From the NCBI GenBank assembly GCA_041891055.1, contig CP169075.1:32001-96000 (forward strand): a DNA stretch of 64,000 nt, written 5' to 3'. Position numbers and translations under genes: made by a program. Of this stretch, positions 40,825 to 50,854 are shown piece by piece (position 1 is the stretch's first letter; each line of letters opens with the position of its first letter). The notes under the pieces were generated by a model. It was given only the letters and a program-made list of their open reading frames with translations. It did no database searches and was not told where the DNA came from. This DNA is from Halorutilales archaeon Cl-col2-1. GTDB lineage: Archaea; Halobacteriota; Halobacteria; Halobacteriales; Afararchaeaceae.

Positions 40825-41355
40825 ATGGACGACAAGAGTAAGAATCAGCTCGGTGGTGGGGCGATCGGCGGTGCCCTTGGGGCAGCAGCAGGCGGCCCGG
40901 CCGGTGCAGTCGTCGGTGCAACACTTGGCGGGTGGCTGTTGGGTCGAGAGAGCGATCACAACGACACTCTCCGCAAGACGTATTCGGCAGTCAAAGAAGC
41001 GACGAGTGACGAAGCGCATCTTTACGTCTCCCATATCGACCCAGACGGAGCCGCATCGACGAGTCCTCAGGGGGTAATCGACGGGGTCAACGGGGAACCC
41101 GATATCATTTCGATTGATTCCACGAGCGCGAACTTGATCGTCGAGGTAGAGACGATGGAGGCTATCGCCGAAAACGGGAGTCACGCACTGAACCAGCTTC
41201 AGGACTACCGGACGTCGGGATTCAAACGAGTTCTTGTTGTCCCTGAAGAGGGGATAGACACTGCAATCGAGTGGGTAGAAGCACACGAAGACCAAGGTGC
41301 CTTGGAGGGGTCACTCACCGTCGCGTCTCCCGAGCGGATCGCAAATGTCCTCTAA
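40825..41355 (+). CDS. Hypothetical protein: glycine zipper plus a possible restriction-endonuclease-like fold
   Basis: GGAIGGALGAAAGGPAGAVVG; EPDII...LIVEVET. Confidence 0.6.
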   Translation: MDDKSKNQLGGGAIGGALGAAAGGPAGAVVGATLGGWLLGRESDHNDTLRKTYSAVKEATSDEAHLYVSHIDPDGAASTSPQGVIDGVNGEPDIISIDSTSANLIVEVETMEAIAENGSHALNQLQDYRTSGFKRVLVVPEEGIDTAIEWVEAHEDQGALEGSLTVASPERIANVL

Positions 41356-41364
41356 TCACCCGAG

Positions 41365-44300
41365 CTACGACGACCTGGTGCGGTTCTCAATGAATTCCTG
41401 CGCCCATTGATTGAGGAACTCCACTGTCTCTGACCAGTCCTCAACTGAGCCACCGTCCGTAAGCTGGACGAGCGACGTGTCCGCAGCGTCTTCTTCGGTC
41501 CACCCGGTCACAACCCACGGCTTCTCAGCGGTTCCGACTATTTCTCCGTCAGAATTCGCAGTACAGGCGGATTGGGTGAGATTCAACCGATCCGACGTTT
41601 CGACGAGCGTCGCTGCTAACCAGTTGAACAACGGACTCCCTGGAGCGAGGAATCGGAGTGAGGGGTACTCGTCAGCCGTATCGGGGTCGAAGGTTACCCC
41701 TATTCCTTGGTGCTGATTTGCGACGCTCGCTGCGAGGGTATCCTCACTTTCCTCCGCTGTGATGGGAGCGTCCCCCGGATGCTGAAGGCAGTAGATGAAT
41801 TCTGCATCTTCCGGTTCAGTGAGGTCGAATTCGAAATCCAGGTGCGACAGTAGATCAAACTGAATCCCCGCCTCGGTGAGCGTTTCGTTCTCCAAAAAGA
41901 CTCCCATGGCGGCGTCTACGGTAAAGATGGGGTCTCGGTTTTCACTCGGGTTCCCGACCTTTCCGAGATCAGGATGGGAATAGGTTTCCCAAGCGTCCAG
42001 ACGCGCTTCTTGGATAACCTGTTCACGTAGTGGTCGGTCGCTGTCGACCTCTGCGAGTGAATCCTTGAGCTCTACTGGGTCGTCCTCACCTTGCTGTTCC
42101 TCGATATCTTGGTCGATATCTCGTTCGAGTTCTTCATACTCCTCGCTGTCCGCCTTCGCCCCTTCTACCATCGTCGCCTCTCGAATCTTCGACCCGACAC
42201 TGGATAGAATCGGCTGCATATCGCCAACGACGTACTCAAACAGACCGATCCGGTCGTCTAGTCGGTCATAGATATCTGATTCGACGGTGTCTTCGTAGCT
42301 GTAGTTGAGGATGTAGACGTCGTCGTATTCCTGACCGATGCGGTCGATACGTCCGATCCGCTGCTCCACTCGCATCGGATTCCACGGGAGGTCATAGTTG
42401 ATCATCGCACCGCATTCCTGCAGGTTCAGCCCCTCACTTGCAGAGTCCGTACATACGAGAATATCGACCTCTCCGTCGTTGTCGGAGAATTCTCGCTTGA
42501 CACGTTCCTTCCCCACGTTTCGCCAGGCGTCTGCTTCTTCGTCGTACATCTCGCCGCCGTCGCCCGAGTAACAGGCGATATTCTCGCCGTACTTCCACCG
42601 GAGTTGCTGGCGGACGAAGTGCATCGTGTCTTTGTACTGCGTGAAGACGATGATTCGACTCCGTCCCTTCCGATCGAGCATGTCGAGGTCCTCGTACAGC
42701 TGATCCATCTTCGGGTCGTCATCGACCTGCTTGACCTCCTGGATGAACGACTCCAGTTCCTCGATCTCCTCCTTGAGAAGATTGATCCCCTCGTCAGTAA
42801 GACTCGGTGCGAGTTCGGTGAGATCGACGTTCAGCACGTCCTCGCCGGCATCCTCCAACTCGGCGATCTCGTCTTCACTGTATTCGCTAAGTGCGTCTAG
42901 GGCCGCCTGTCGATCCTCATCCTGGTCGTCCCGAATTCGTTTTCGCCGTTCGAGTACCCTCCGCTGCGTTCGAAGTTTCTCCAACCGCGTAGAGAGACTC
43001 TGTGAAATCGCGTATACACTGCTAGTAAGCCGCTGGCGATACGTCGTCATCACGAACCCAATGGCGCGGGCTTCCGTCTCTGTTGACTGCTGTGCCTTCT
43101 TGTAGAAGGTTCGGGTGTATTCGTCGATTCGATCATACACCCGACGGGTTTGCTCGTTGAGTTCGATACGTCGCCGCTCGGGTTTTCTGGTCGGGACTGT
43201 TTCTTCGAGCAGCCCTGCTTTGCGATATTTCCTAAGGGTATCCCGGGTATTGCGGTGGATACAGGCATCGACTGGGGTTGCCCACGAAAGTACGTCTTGG
43301 AGTACCTTCCAGCCGTCCTCGCTGAGTTCGTCGAGGGCGTCGAGACGGTCGCTTCGTGAGGAAATAACCATCTCCTCATTCAGGACTGATTCCGGATACA
43401 GCAGCCGTTTGAGCTTGGTATCTTCATCCGCTCCGAACGGATCGATTTGCTCCTCAATCGCGGCGTCTACCTTCCGTCGGTAGTCGTCGTACTCTTGGCC
43501 ATACCCTCGTGCCAAATTACACGCTTGGAGAAGCCGCTGTTTCGCGACGCCTCGACCTTGGTCCTCCAGCCCGAGTTCGTCGACGATCCCCTCGAGGACA
43601 ACGTCTGCGTACTCTATCGAGGAGTTGAACCGATCCTGAAATGTCCCATTGAGAGTCGCCTGTGACGGATCACTCGATGTCCGGGATGAGAGATCGGCTC
43701 CGCCTTCGATAACGGTCGACAGCGCCTGGCGGGTCTCGAAGAATTCGACAAATAGGTCGCGATCATCCCACGCCTCGGGAATATCGAGGAGGGTCAGGAG
43801 ATCGTAGAGTTCGCGATGGTGGAGCTGCATCGGGGTCGCAGTGAGCAGGTAGTAGCAGTGAGTGTGATCGCGGAGCCGTTCGAGGAGATTGTAGAAGTTA
43901 CTCCCACGACGTGCGTTGTGTGACTCGTCGACGACGACTGCGTCCCAGACGCCTTCACGGCCGTCCGGGTTGCGTCCGCGACAGCTTGCCGGGATGTCGT
44001 CCCTCGTCCGGGCGGTTCCGTCGTCAGCGGGCGCGACCTGGTCCCACCGGCCCGTGAGTCGCGCTGTGTGCCAGGACATGATGATGACAGTCGGCGTCGG
44101 GTCATCCTTCCGAGTGTGTGCGAACCGCCACAGCGGGCTGTTCGTCCATGCCTCGTTCCGCCGATCCGCATCGATGTCCAGGTCACCCGTCCCCGGGACT
44201 GGATGCTCTTGGCCGAAGGAATCGATGAAGGCATAATCGTAGTCACTCCCTCGATCGTACCGATAGGCGTTGATGTTGAACTTCTCCCAGAGTTCTTCTT

Positions 44301-45294
44301 GCCACTGGACGGCGAGACTCGCTGGTGTGAGAACGAGTGAGTTCTCGAGTTCGCCAGTCAGTCCGAGGCGAGAGAGTGTGAGGCCGACCTCGATAGTTTT
44401 CCCGAGACCTACCTCGTCGCAAAGGAGATAGGAGTTCGGATACGTGTTGACTGCCGTATCGGAGACGACTCGCTGGTGTGGCCACGGATCGATCGTGCTC
44501 GCTTCCTCGGCGAGTTGGAGGCCACCGGGGGCTTGTGCCCCGTCAGCGAGGATCCACCCTTTGTCGCCGTCAGTCGGGGCCTTTGGTTCGCGGAGTTTCT
44601 CGACGATTTGGGAGACTTCGATGTCGTTGTCGGGGGCCTTCCAGTCGATGAGCTCCTCTTTCAGGGCCTCCGGAAGATCGTAGACGTCGACGTAGGCGTG
44701 CTCGTCTTGCCACAGCTGCTTAAACGACTCTCGGTCGCCTTCGACGTAGGGGGCTTGACCGTCGTCCCACGAGCGGTGGACTTTGAACCGCTCGTAGTTC
44801 CGCGTCCAGCCGCCGGCCGTCTCGTTGATGCTCCCTTCGAACGAGATCCAGTTCCCGTCCTCATCTCGGAAGATGCCTACTTTGGGGTGGAAGATACCCC
44901 ACTCCCCGCGGCTGGGAACCGCGATCTTGAGCTCGAGTCGATCCTCCCGAAGGAGCCAGGCGAGCAGCTGGAGCTGCTGATCGAGCGTTTCGTCATCCAA
45001 CCCCGTCAGGTTCTCGTCGAGGTCGTCGGCGAGTGCTTCCAGCACAGGCCGATCCTTCGGCTGAAGCTGTGCGCCGACGATGAGTCGCATTCGGCCGTCG
45101 TTTTCGACGAGTGCCTCGATTCCGTTCCCAGCAGCAGCGAGAGAACCGCTATCGAAGTAGCCTGCAATCCGGTCGTACTGGATGCTCCGTTCGAGCGCCG
45201 GGACGTAGAACTCCTTGATTAGATGAGCTGCGTCGTTGCTGGGCTGGCTTTCGTAGATAGACTGCCAGTCGTAGTCACGGAGGGACCTAGCCAT
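41365..45294 (-). CDS. PLD-nuclease plus SNF2-family helicase
   Basis: FHPKVG...GSINET (HKD-like), DEVGLGKT, DESH, LTATP, EGLNLQ, WNPMRVEQRIGRIDRIGQ. Confidence 0.93.
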   Translation of the reverse strand: MARSLRDYDWQSIYESQPSNDAAHLIKEFYVPALERSIQYDRIAGYFDSGSLAAAGNGIEALVENDGRMRLIVGAQLQPKDRPVLEALADDLDENLTGLDDETLDQQLQLLAWLLREDRLELKIAVPSRGEWGIFHPKVGIFRDEDGNWISFEGSINETAGGWTRNYERFKVHRSWDDGQAPYVEGDRESFKQLWQDEHAYVDVYDLPEALKEELIDWKAPDNDIEVSQIVEKLREPKAPTDGDKGWILADGAQAPGGLQLAEEASTIDPWPHQRVVSDTAVNTYPNSYLLCDEVGLGKTIEVGLTLSRLGLTGELENSLVLTPASLAVQWQEELWEKFNINAYRYDRGSDYDYAFIDSFGQEHPVPGTGDLDIDADRRNEAWTNSPLWRFAHTRKDDPTPTVIIMSWHTARLTGRWDQVAPADDGTARTRDDIPASCRGRNPDGREGVWDAVVVDESHNARRGSNFYNLLERLRDHTHCYYLLTATPMQLHHRELYDLLTLLDIPEAWDDRDLFVEFFETRQALSTVIEGGADLSSRTSSDPSQATLNGTFQDRFNSSIEYADVVLEGIVDELGLEDQGRGVAKQRLLQACNLARGYGQEYDDYRRKVDAAIEEQIDPFGADEDTKLKRLLYPESVLNEEMVISSRSDRLDALDELSEDGWKVLQDVLSWATPVDACIHRNTRDTLRKYRKAGLLEETVPTRKPERRRIELNEQTRRVYDRIDEYTRTFYKKAQQSTETEARAIGFVMTTYRQRLTSSVYAISQSLSTRLEKLRTQRRVLERRKRIRDDQDEDRQAALDALSEYSEDEIAELEDAGEDVLNVDLTELAPSLTDEGINLLKEEIEELESFIQEVKQVDDDPKMDQLYEDLDMLDRKGRSRIIVFTQYKDTMHFVRQQLRWKYGENIACYSGDGGEMYDEEADAWRNVGKERVKREFSDNDGEVDILVCTDSASEGLNLQECGAMINYDLPWNPMRVEQRIGRIDRIGQEYDDVYILNYSYEDTVESDIYDRLDDRIGLFEYVVGDMQPILSSVGSKIREATMVEGAKADSEEYEELERDIDQDIEEQQGEDDPVELKDSLAEVDSDRPLREQVIQEARLDAWETYSHPDLGKVGNPSENRDPIFTVDAAMGVFLENETLTEAGIQFDLLSHLDFEFDLTEPEDAEFIYCLQHPGDAPITAEESEDTLAASVANQHQGIGVTFDPDTADEYPSLRFLAPGSPLFNWLAATLVETSDRLNLTQSACTANSDGEIVGTAEKPWVVTGWTEEDAADTSLVQLTDGGSVEDWSETVEFLNQWAQEFIENRTRSS

Positions 45295-45391
45295 CTGATA
45301 TTGACGTATGCCTGCTCCACAACAATAAAGAGTGGGTACATTTTGATAAAGCAGCACAGAATTTTTGCGGTGCCGCTTGGAAGTGTGTTTC

Positions 45392-47320
45392 ATGCAAACT
45401 GGGAAGAAGCCCTTCAAAAACCTCGTTCCTGGTCGTGACTTGTTCTACGTGCCGAAATACCAGCGCAACTACTCGTGGGATGAGAAGCAACGCCGCGAGC
45501 TCTGGGAGGACCTCCTCGAATCTCTCGACAAGACGCACTACATCGGAACGTTCCTGATCGAGGATTCGGACGAATCAGATGACGGGCTCTACGATGAAGT
45601 CGGAATCATCGACGGACAGCAACGGCTCACAACACTCCTGATTTTACTCTTCGAGCTACAGGAACAGCTCCACGCTCACGGAAGAGAGGAGTACGCGGTC
45701 GACATCCTGGATAACTACCTCGTTGCTTCTGACCAGCAGCGACTTCGTCTCCAGGAGGACGACGATGCGAAATTCTTCAAGAAATACATCCTCGAGGATG
45801 TCATCGACACGGAAAAATCGACACAGAGCTCGAACCCCGAGGCAGAGTACACGCTCGACACACCCTCGAAACGCCGGCTAGCGAATACGAAGTCGTTCTT
45901 CCGTGAGAAACTAGAGGACGCCCCGCCGGAAAACACCGATTACGAGGATCCGGTGGAGTTCTACACCGACCTCTATTCGACGATTCAGAACCTTGACCTA
46001 CTCGCGTACGTCGTCAAATCGCGGGCCGAAGCCGCGCGGATCTTCCAGACCGTCAACGACCGGGGGAAGGGTCTTACTGACCTCGAAATCACAAAGAGCT
46101 ATTTGATGCACCGGCTGGCGCTGGTCACCGATGACGGACCTCGTGACGGGGTGGACGACGAGGAACAGCGGACTGAGGGCCTCATCAACATCGTCCAAGA
46201 GAACTTCGGCGAGATATACTCGAACATCGAGCAGATCACCGACACCGATGTCGGGAGCGGCCTCGACGAAGACCAAATCCAGCGGTATCACTTCATCCTC
46301 TGGGATGCGAACTGGACGACGAGTTACGATAAACGGTACTACCAGAATCACCTCGAGCACGTCAAGAAGGCGTTTGCCACGGACAACGGCGACCTCGCCG
46401 AGGAGATTATCGACTATACGAACGATCTGAAGCGATCCTTCCAGCGGCTTCGGGAACTAGTTACGTTGGACGGGATCGACAGTACCCGTATTGAGACTCG
46501 GCTGGAGAACCTCTACGCCGTAGGTCGTCTCGGGAATTTCTACCCCCTTCTCATCACCGCCTACGACCAGTACACCCGCGACCTCATTTCGGAATCAGAC
46601 TTCGTCCGTCTCCTCAAGAAGATCGAGACGTTCATCGTTCGAACGTATCTGATCGAGCAGAAAGCCGCAGATACGGGGCGAACAAGAGCCTATCCCTTGG
46701 CCCGGCAGATCTACTACAACGAACCGGGCAAGCAAGCAGATGACATCAGTCCGAGTTCCGTCGACGACGTCATCGACAAGCTCGCTGACCACGTCCACAA
46801 CTACTGCGACGATGAAACCCTGATGGACACGCTCCACAACGCCGACGTCTATTCCTACTACAGCGACTCCAACCGGAAGAACGAGCTTCGATACCTGCTC
46901 TATGCGTACGAACTCTCGCTAGAACGCGAACGGGAGAACATCCCCTTCGAGGTGCAGAAGGTCGTCGACAACGAGGACGACCGTTTCACGATTGAGCACG
47001 TCTGGCCTCAGACCGTTTCAGACGAGTTCCCTGAACACCTCCACGAGACCATCAACGAGAACAGCGACCGGCTGGGCAATTTGGCGCTGATGACTATCGA
47101 GGATAACGCCGGGAATCAGAACGACCCCTTCGAGAAGAAGAAAGCTGCCTTCGATGAGTCCAAGTTCCGGATGCTCAACGAGATCTTCGAAAATGGTGAT
47201 TGGTCTGTTGAACGTATAGAGCAACGAGAAAAACGAATGTTGGATGTAATCAGGACACGGTGGCCAGACACTATCGGTGAAATGACTGAATCAGCCACCC
47301 CCGCTGCTGAAGACGATTAA
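45392..47320 (+). CDS. GmrSD-like (DUF262 plus DUF1524) type IV restriction nuclease
   Basis: PKYQRNYSW, IIDGQQRLTT, FQTVNDRG, IEHVWPQ, RLGNLAL. Confidence 0.92.
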   Translation: MQTGKKPFKNLVPGRDLFYVPKYQRNYSWDEKQRRELWEDLLESLDKTHYIGTFLIEDSDESDDGLYDEVGIIDGQQRLTTLLILLFELQEQLHAHGREEYAVDILDNYLVASDQQRLRLQEDDDAKFFKKYILEDVIDTEKSTQSSNPEAEYTLDTPSKRRLANTKSFFREKLEDAPPENTDYEDPVEFYTDLYSTIQNLDLLAYVVKSRAEAARIFQTVNDRGKGLTDLEITKSYLMHRLALVTDDGPRDGVDDEEQRTEGLINIVQENFGEIYSNIEQITDTDVGSGLDEDQIQRYHFILWDANWTTSYDKRYYQNHLEHVKKAFATDNGDLAEEIIDYTNDLKRSFQRLRELVTLDGIDSTRIETRLENLYAVGRLGNFYPLLITAYDQYTRDLISESDFVRLLKKIETFIVRTYLIEQKAADTGRTRAYPLARQIYYNEPGKQADDISPSSVDDVIDKLADHVHNYCDDETLMDTLHNADVYSYYSDSNRKNELRYLLYAYELSLERERENIPFEVQKVVDNEDDRFTIEHVWPQTVSDEFPEHLHETINENSDRLGNLALMTIEDNAGNQNDPFEKKKAAFDESKFRMLNEIFENGDWSVERIEQREKRMLDVIRTRWPDTIGEMTESATPAAEDD

Positions 47321-47321
47321 T

Positions 47322-50249
47322 TCAGAAGTCCTTGAGGCTACCCTGTACCTTCTCCTCGTCTTCCTCGATGAAGATATCGGCATCGAGGTCGAGATCGAGC
47401 AGTTCTCCAGTTTCGCCAGCTGCGATGTCTCTAGCTATCTCCCAATCGTCGTGGTCATGCGGCAAGACACGCAGGAGTGCCTCTAATGTAGCTTTGAATG
47501 CTGGATCGGAGCCGCAGTTTCTCTCATTCATCCAATTCCACGTTTCGGTTGCCCCTTGAACATCATAGATATGCATGGCTGCGTGAACCTTGTCGAGCGC
47601 AGTCCCGAATGAGAGGGCATCGGGGTCTACGGGTTTACGACCCGATCGATTATCCCGATCCTTGTTCACATCTTGGACCCGGTCTCCATGGGGACGAAGA
47701 AGTACATCTCCACTCTTCTTTCGCCACATTCGGTGGGTTTTCTTCAGCGAATCCAGATCCTCTCCAACTCCAATCGCGAGACGTCGGGCTTCATCGTAAG
47801 GGAATCGTTGCGCCTCGAAAACCAACCAGGACAGTATGTACCACTCAGATTTCGGATCAATCTCCCTCACTCCTTCATTGAGATGTTTGTCGATGAAGTA
47901 GTCTCTAACTGCCCCTCGAGCTTCGTCAAGAGCAATCTGAGGGTGTACTTCGTTTCCTTCATCGTCAACGACGGGATAATTTTCAGTAAATACCTCCAGA
48001 GTCGGCCCGAATGCGGCCAACATAATGTCTACCTTCGAGAATTCGACTTCATCCTGATACATCTCTTCGGCTTGGGAACGTGCAACTTCACGAGTGCGAT
48101 TCTTTACTTCTCCCCAGAGGGTAAACTCGTCTTCACGCTCGTCACGCTTCTCAGCTGAGAGCAATATAGTGCTCTCAGCCGAATTTTTCCCCCGCTGATG
48201 TAGACTCTCTGGTCGTTCCGTACTGATCGGATGCGTTGATTTCACCACAAATCCAGAATTGATCAGAGCCTTTGTCAGGGTATCCCAGGCCTCTGTCTTC
48301 TTGTGCGTGAACATGAGGGTAAAGACACCTTCGTCATCGAGCACCCGGGAGAGCTCTCCGAAGATCTCAGACATTTTACTCTCATAATCATTCTTGGCCA
48401 GCTCAGATTTCGATTTATCCCCCGCAATATCATCGAACTTAGAGGCGTTAGCCACAGCTTCCTCATTCTTCTCGGTGAGCTCTTGCTGGAAGAAGTCTGG
48501 ATATACGTCACCAAGATATCTACGGAGCCATACATAGAAGTAATCTGAAAGCTCTGCGTACATTACATTGTCATAATAGGGCGGGTCAAGAACGATTACT
48601 TCGACCTCACCGTCATCTAGCGGCAGATCCGCAGCGTCCTCCTGAAAAACCTCGATAGGAGCAGAAGCATGACCTGCAAGTTCTTTCAGCTCCTCATAGA
48701 CTTCCACCATCGAATCGAGGACCCAGTCATATCCTAGACCTTCCGCTGGAAGCCGACTTTCAGCAAACCTCCATTTGAACCCGAAGTCATGCTGACCGAA
48801 AGCGTGGCCGATCTTTCCTTCACTGTGGACCCAGGTACACATCCGCGAATTGTAGTCAACGGCTTTGTCAGCACCAAGAGCTAGGAAAGTCAGTATTACT
48901 TCGGCTTCTTTATCGCCGTAATCTGGTGCCGGTTCTTCATTTTCCAAAACTGAGGCAGAAGAATCACCGTCACGAATCGCCTTTTTCACTTCCTCAAATG
49001 CCTGCCAATACGTGTAGTGAGTAAGCAGCTGGCGTGGAGCAAACATATCCCGCCACATCTCCATCCCGTATCTCCGTGGTTCGCTGGTTTTAGCCCCAGA
49101 TTCGATTTTCTCCGTTAGGAAGGTCGCTAAGTCTGGGTCATTGTTTACTTTCTTATTGGCGCGGTTTACTGCCCTGAGGTCCTCCTCTGTGGCTGCCCGA
49201 TATCGCTTTCCTTCTCCTTTGTGAAGTGACTCATAGTGAACGGCCGTTAGCCGAAGCTCCATATCACCGTTATTGGCCTGTTCTTTCACCTCATCCCCAT
49301 CTACGGTAACATTACAAGTCGGACACTCTGCCTTTCCTCTCGTTACCGTTCCTGATGCAGGGTTGAATTCGGACTTTTTGACATCTTTCCCCACCTCCAC
49401 TACAGGGAGTTTTACTTCAGCTGAGCCTTCGACGGGTTGCGGCTGAAGCGCAGTCCCACTCGTCGACGAATCACGCTCAAGCCACCAATTCAAAGTCAGG
49501 GGTATCTCTGACCCACAGTCAGGACAGGTAATCTGATGCATCCATACATATTCCAGATCACGTTGTCCCTCAACATCTGGATAGTACTCCTTCAGCTGCT
49601 CACGGGCACGCTTGTTGATACGGTCCCCCCATTTTTGGATATCATCAGACAGATCACCATCGACCTGGGGTTGTTCAAGTACTGCTTTCAGAATAACAGA
49701 CGGAACCGGGTTAAGTTCGTTCGCAATCGTTGGAAGCTGATAACGACGACTTTCGAAGGGGATTGATCCCCCACCGGCAGTGGCGTCTAGAACAGTTGGG
49801 AGGTCTCCTCCCCATGTCTCCCGTACCTGTTCATGGAAATTACCCATCTCTTCTTCATCGGGGAGATTTTTGTAGGATTTGCGATATCCATAGTGATCGT
49901 AGACGCGACCGCTTCTTTGATCCAGAGTGTCCGATTTGTATCGAATATGCTCTGCGATGCTCATTCCGTCTTCGAGATTATTCGGATTCATCCCCATCCA
50001 CCGCAGGAGCGTATCATCATCTACGGTATCTGGCAAAACAGATGAGAGTACCCCCAAACGCGTTGCTGGAGTAGGTCTACGAGCAAACCAAACGTGAATG
50101 TAGTTCTGAGGTGGCTTATCAGAGAAATTCTTTTGTTCACGTTTTGTTTCGAGTCCTACTGATCTAATCGGTAGGTTGCTATGTACCTTCAGCGGCTTTC
50201 TCTCGCTTTTCTTGTTGTCCATCTCTGTGGTAGGGGATTCTTCACTCAT
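47322..50249 (-). CDS. DUF1156 amino-methyltransferase
   Basis: IHVWFARRP, DATAGGGSIPFE, CPDC/CPTC, DPPYYDNVMYAELSD. Confidence 0.92.
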   Translation of the reverse strand: MSEESPTTEMDNKKSERKPLKVHSNLPIRSVGLETKREQKNFSDKPPQNYIHVWFARRPTPATRLGVLSSVLPDTVDDDTLLRWMGMNPNNLEDGMSIAEHIRYKSDTLDQRSGRVYDHYGYRKSYKNLPDEEEMGNFHEQVRETWGGDLPTVLDATAGGGSIPFESRRYQLPTIANELNPVPSVILKAVLEQPQVDGDLSDDIQKWGDRINKRAREQLKEYYPDVEGQRDLEYVWMHQITCPDCGSEIPLTLNWWLERDSSTSGTALQPQPVEGSAEVKLPVVEVGKDVKKSEFNPASGTVTRGKAECPTCNVTVDGDEVKEQANNGDMELRLTAVHYESLHKGEGKRYRAATEEDLRAVNRANKKVNNDPDLATFLTEKIESGAKTSEPRRYGMEMWRDMFAPRQLLTHYTYWQAFEEVKKAIRDGDSSASVLENEEPAPDYGDKEAEVILTFLALGADKAVDYNSRMCTWVHSEGKIGHAFGQHDFGFKWRFAESRLPAEGLGYDWVLDSMVEVYEELKELAGHASAPIEVFQEDAADLPLDDGEVEVIVLDPPYYDNVMYAELSDYFYVWLRRYLGDVYPDFFQQELTEKNEEAVANASKFDDIAGDKSKSELAKNDYESKMSEIFGELSRVLDDEGVFTLMFTHKKTEAWDTLTKALINSGFVVKSTHPISTERPESLHQRGKNSAESTILLSAEKRDEREDEFTLWGEVKNRTREVARSQAEEMYQDEVEFSKVDIMLAAFGPTLEVFTENYPVVDDEGNEVHPQIALDEARGAVRDYFIDKHLNEGVREIDPKSEWYILSWLVFEAQRFPYDEARRLAIGVGEDLDSLKKTHRMWRKKSGDVLLRPHGDRVQDVNKDRDNRSGRKPVDPDALSFGTALDKVHAAMHIYDVQGATETWNWMNERNCGSDPAFKATLEALLRVLPHDHDDWEIARDIAAGETGELLDLDLDADIFIEEDEEKVQGSLKDF

Positions 50250-50251
50250 GT

Positions 50252-50854
50252 TTACGAAATATGGTTGGTCAATAATACTCGGAGTGACTTCTCTCCACTT
50301 GGGCTATTCGGCGAACGACATTTAGCGTGCCAATAATAGCACTCTTCTAAACTCATCTGTGCAACGCCACGGGTGAGTGCTCGCATCCGATCGACTCGCT
50401 GTAACGGTTTGATCCCGATGAACCCGAGCGAGAGCCGAACTCCTGGCTCTTCGGGAATGAGGACGGTTGCTGAACCGGTCCCGGTAATCAGTGACGGATC
50501 AATATCCGTGTCTCTGAGAGCTTCATCGAAGAGCTGGAGGAGACACCGAAGGCGGGAACCGGAGAGTCGCCGTACCTTCATAGCGACCCAGTCGTCCCAC
50601 GTCCAGTCCTCTGCTCCCTCTACGTTTTCCCCAATCACTTCGTGAAACGGATGAGTTTTCGACGACTGTTGCCGGCGCCGTTCCAGCCGACGCTGGCGTG
50701 CGTCAGCCTGCTCAGTCGGAAGGAATTCGTAGAGCGTGATCGTCGCTTCGTTCCCTGTCTCGTCGCGAACGAGGGCGAACGTGGGACGTCCACCGTAGAC
50801 GCTGCTTCCAAGGGCGAAGGTCTCTGCCCGTTCCTCGTCTCGTTGGATGCTCAT
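50252..50854 (-). CDS. Accessory subunit of the DUF499 system (DUF3780-like position)
   Basis: MSLEECYYWHAKC motif; lies between and is translationally coupled to the DUF499 and DUF1156 genes. Confidence 0.7.
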   Translation of the reverse strand: MSIQRDEERAETFALGSSVYGGRPTFALVRDETGNEATITLYEFLPTEQADARQRRLERRRQQSSKTHPFHEVIGENVEGAEDWTWDDWVAMKVRRLSGSRLRCLLQLFDEALRDTDIDPSLITGTGSATVLIPEEPGVRLSLGFIGIKPLQRVDRMRALTRGVAQMSLEECYYWHAKCRSPNSPSGEKSLRVLLTNHIS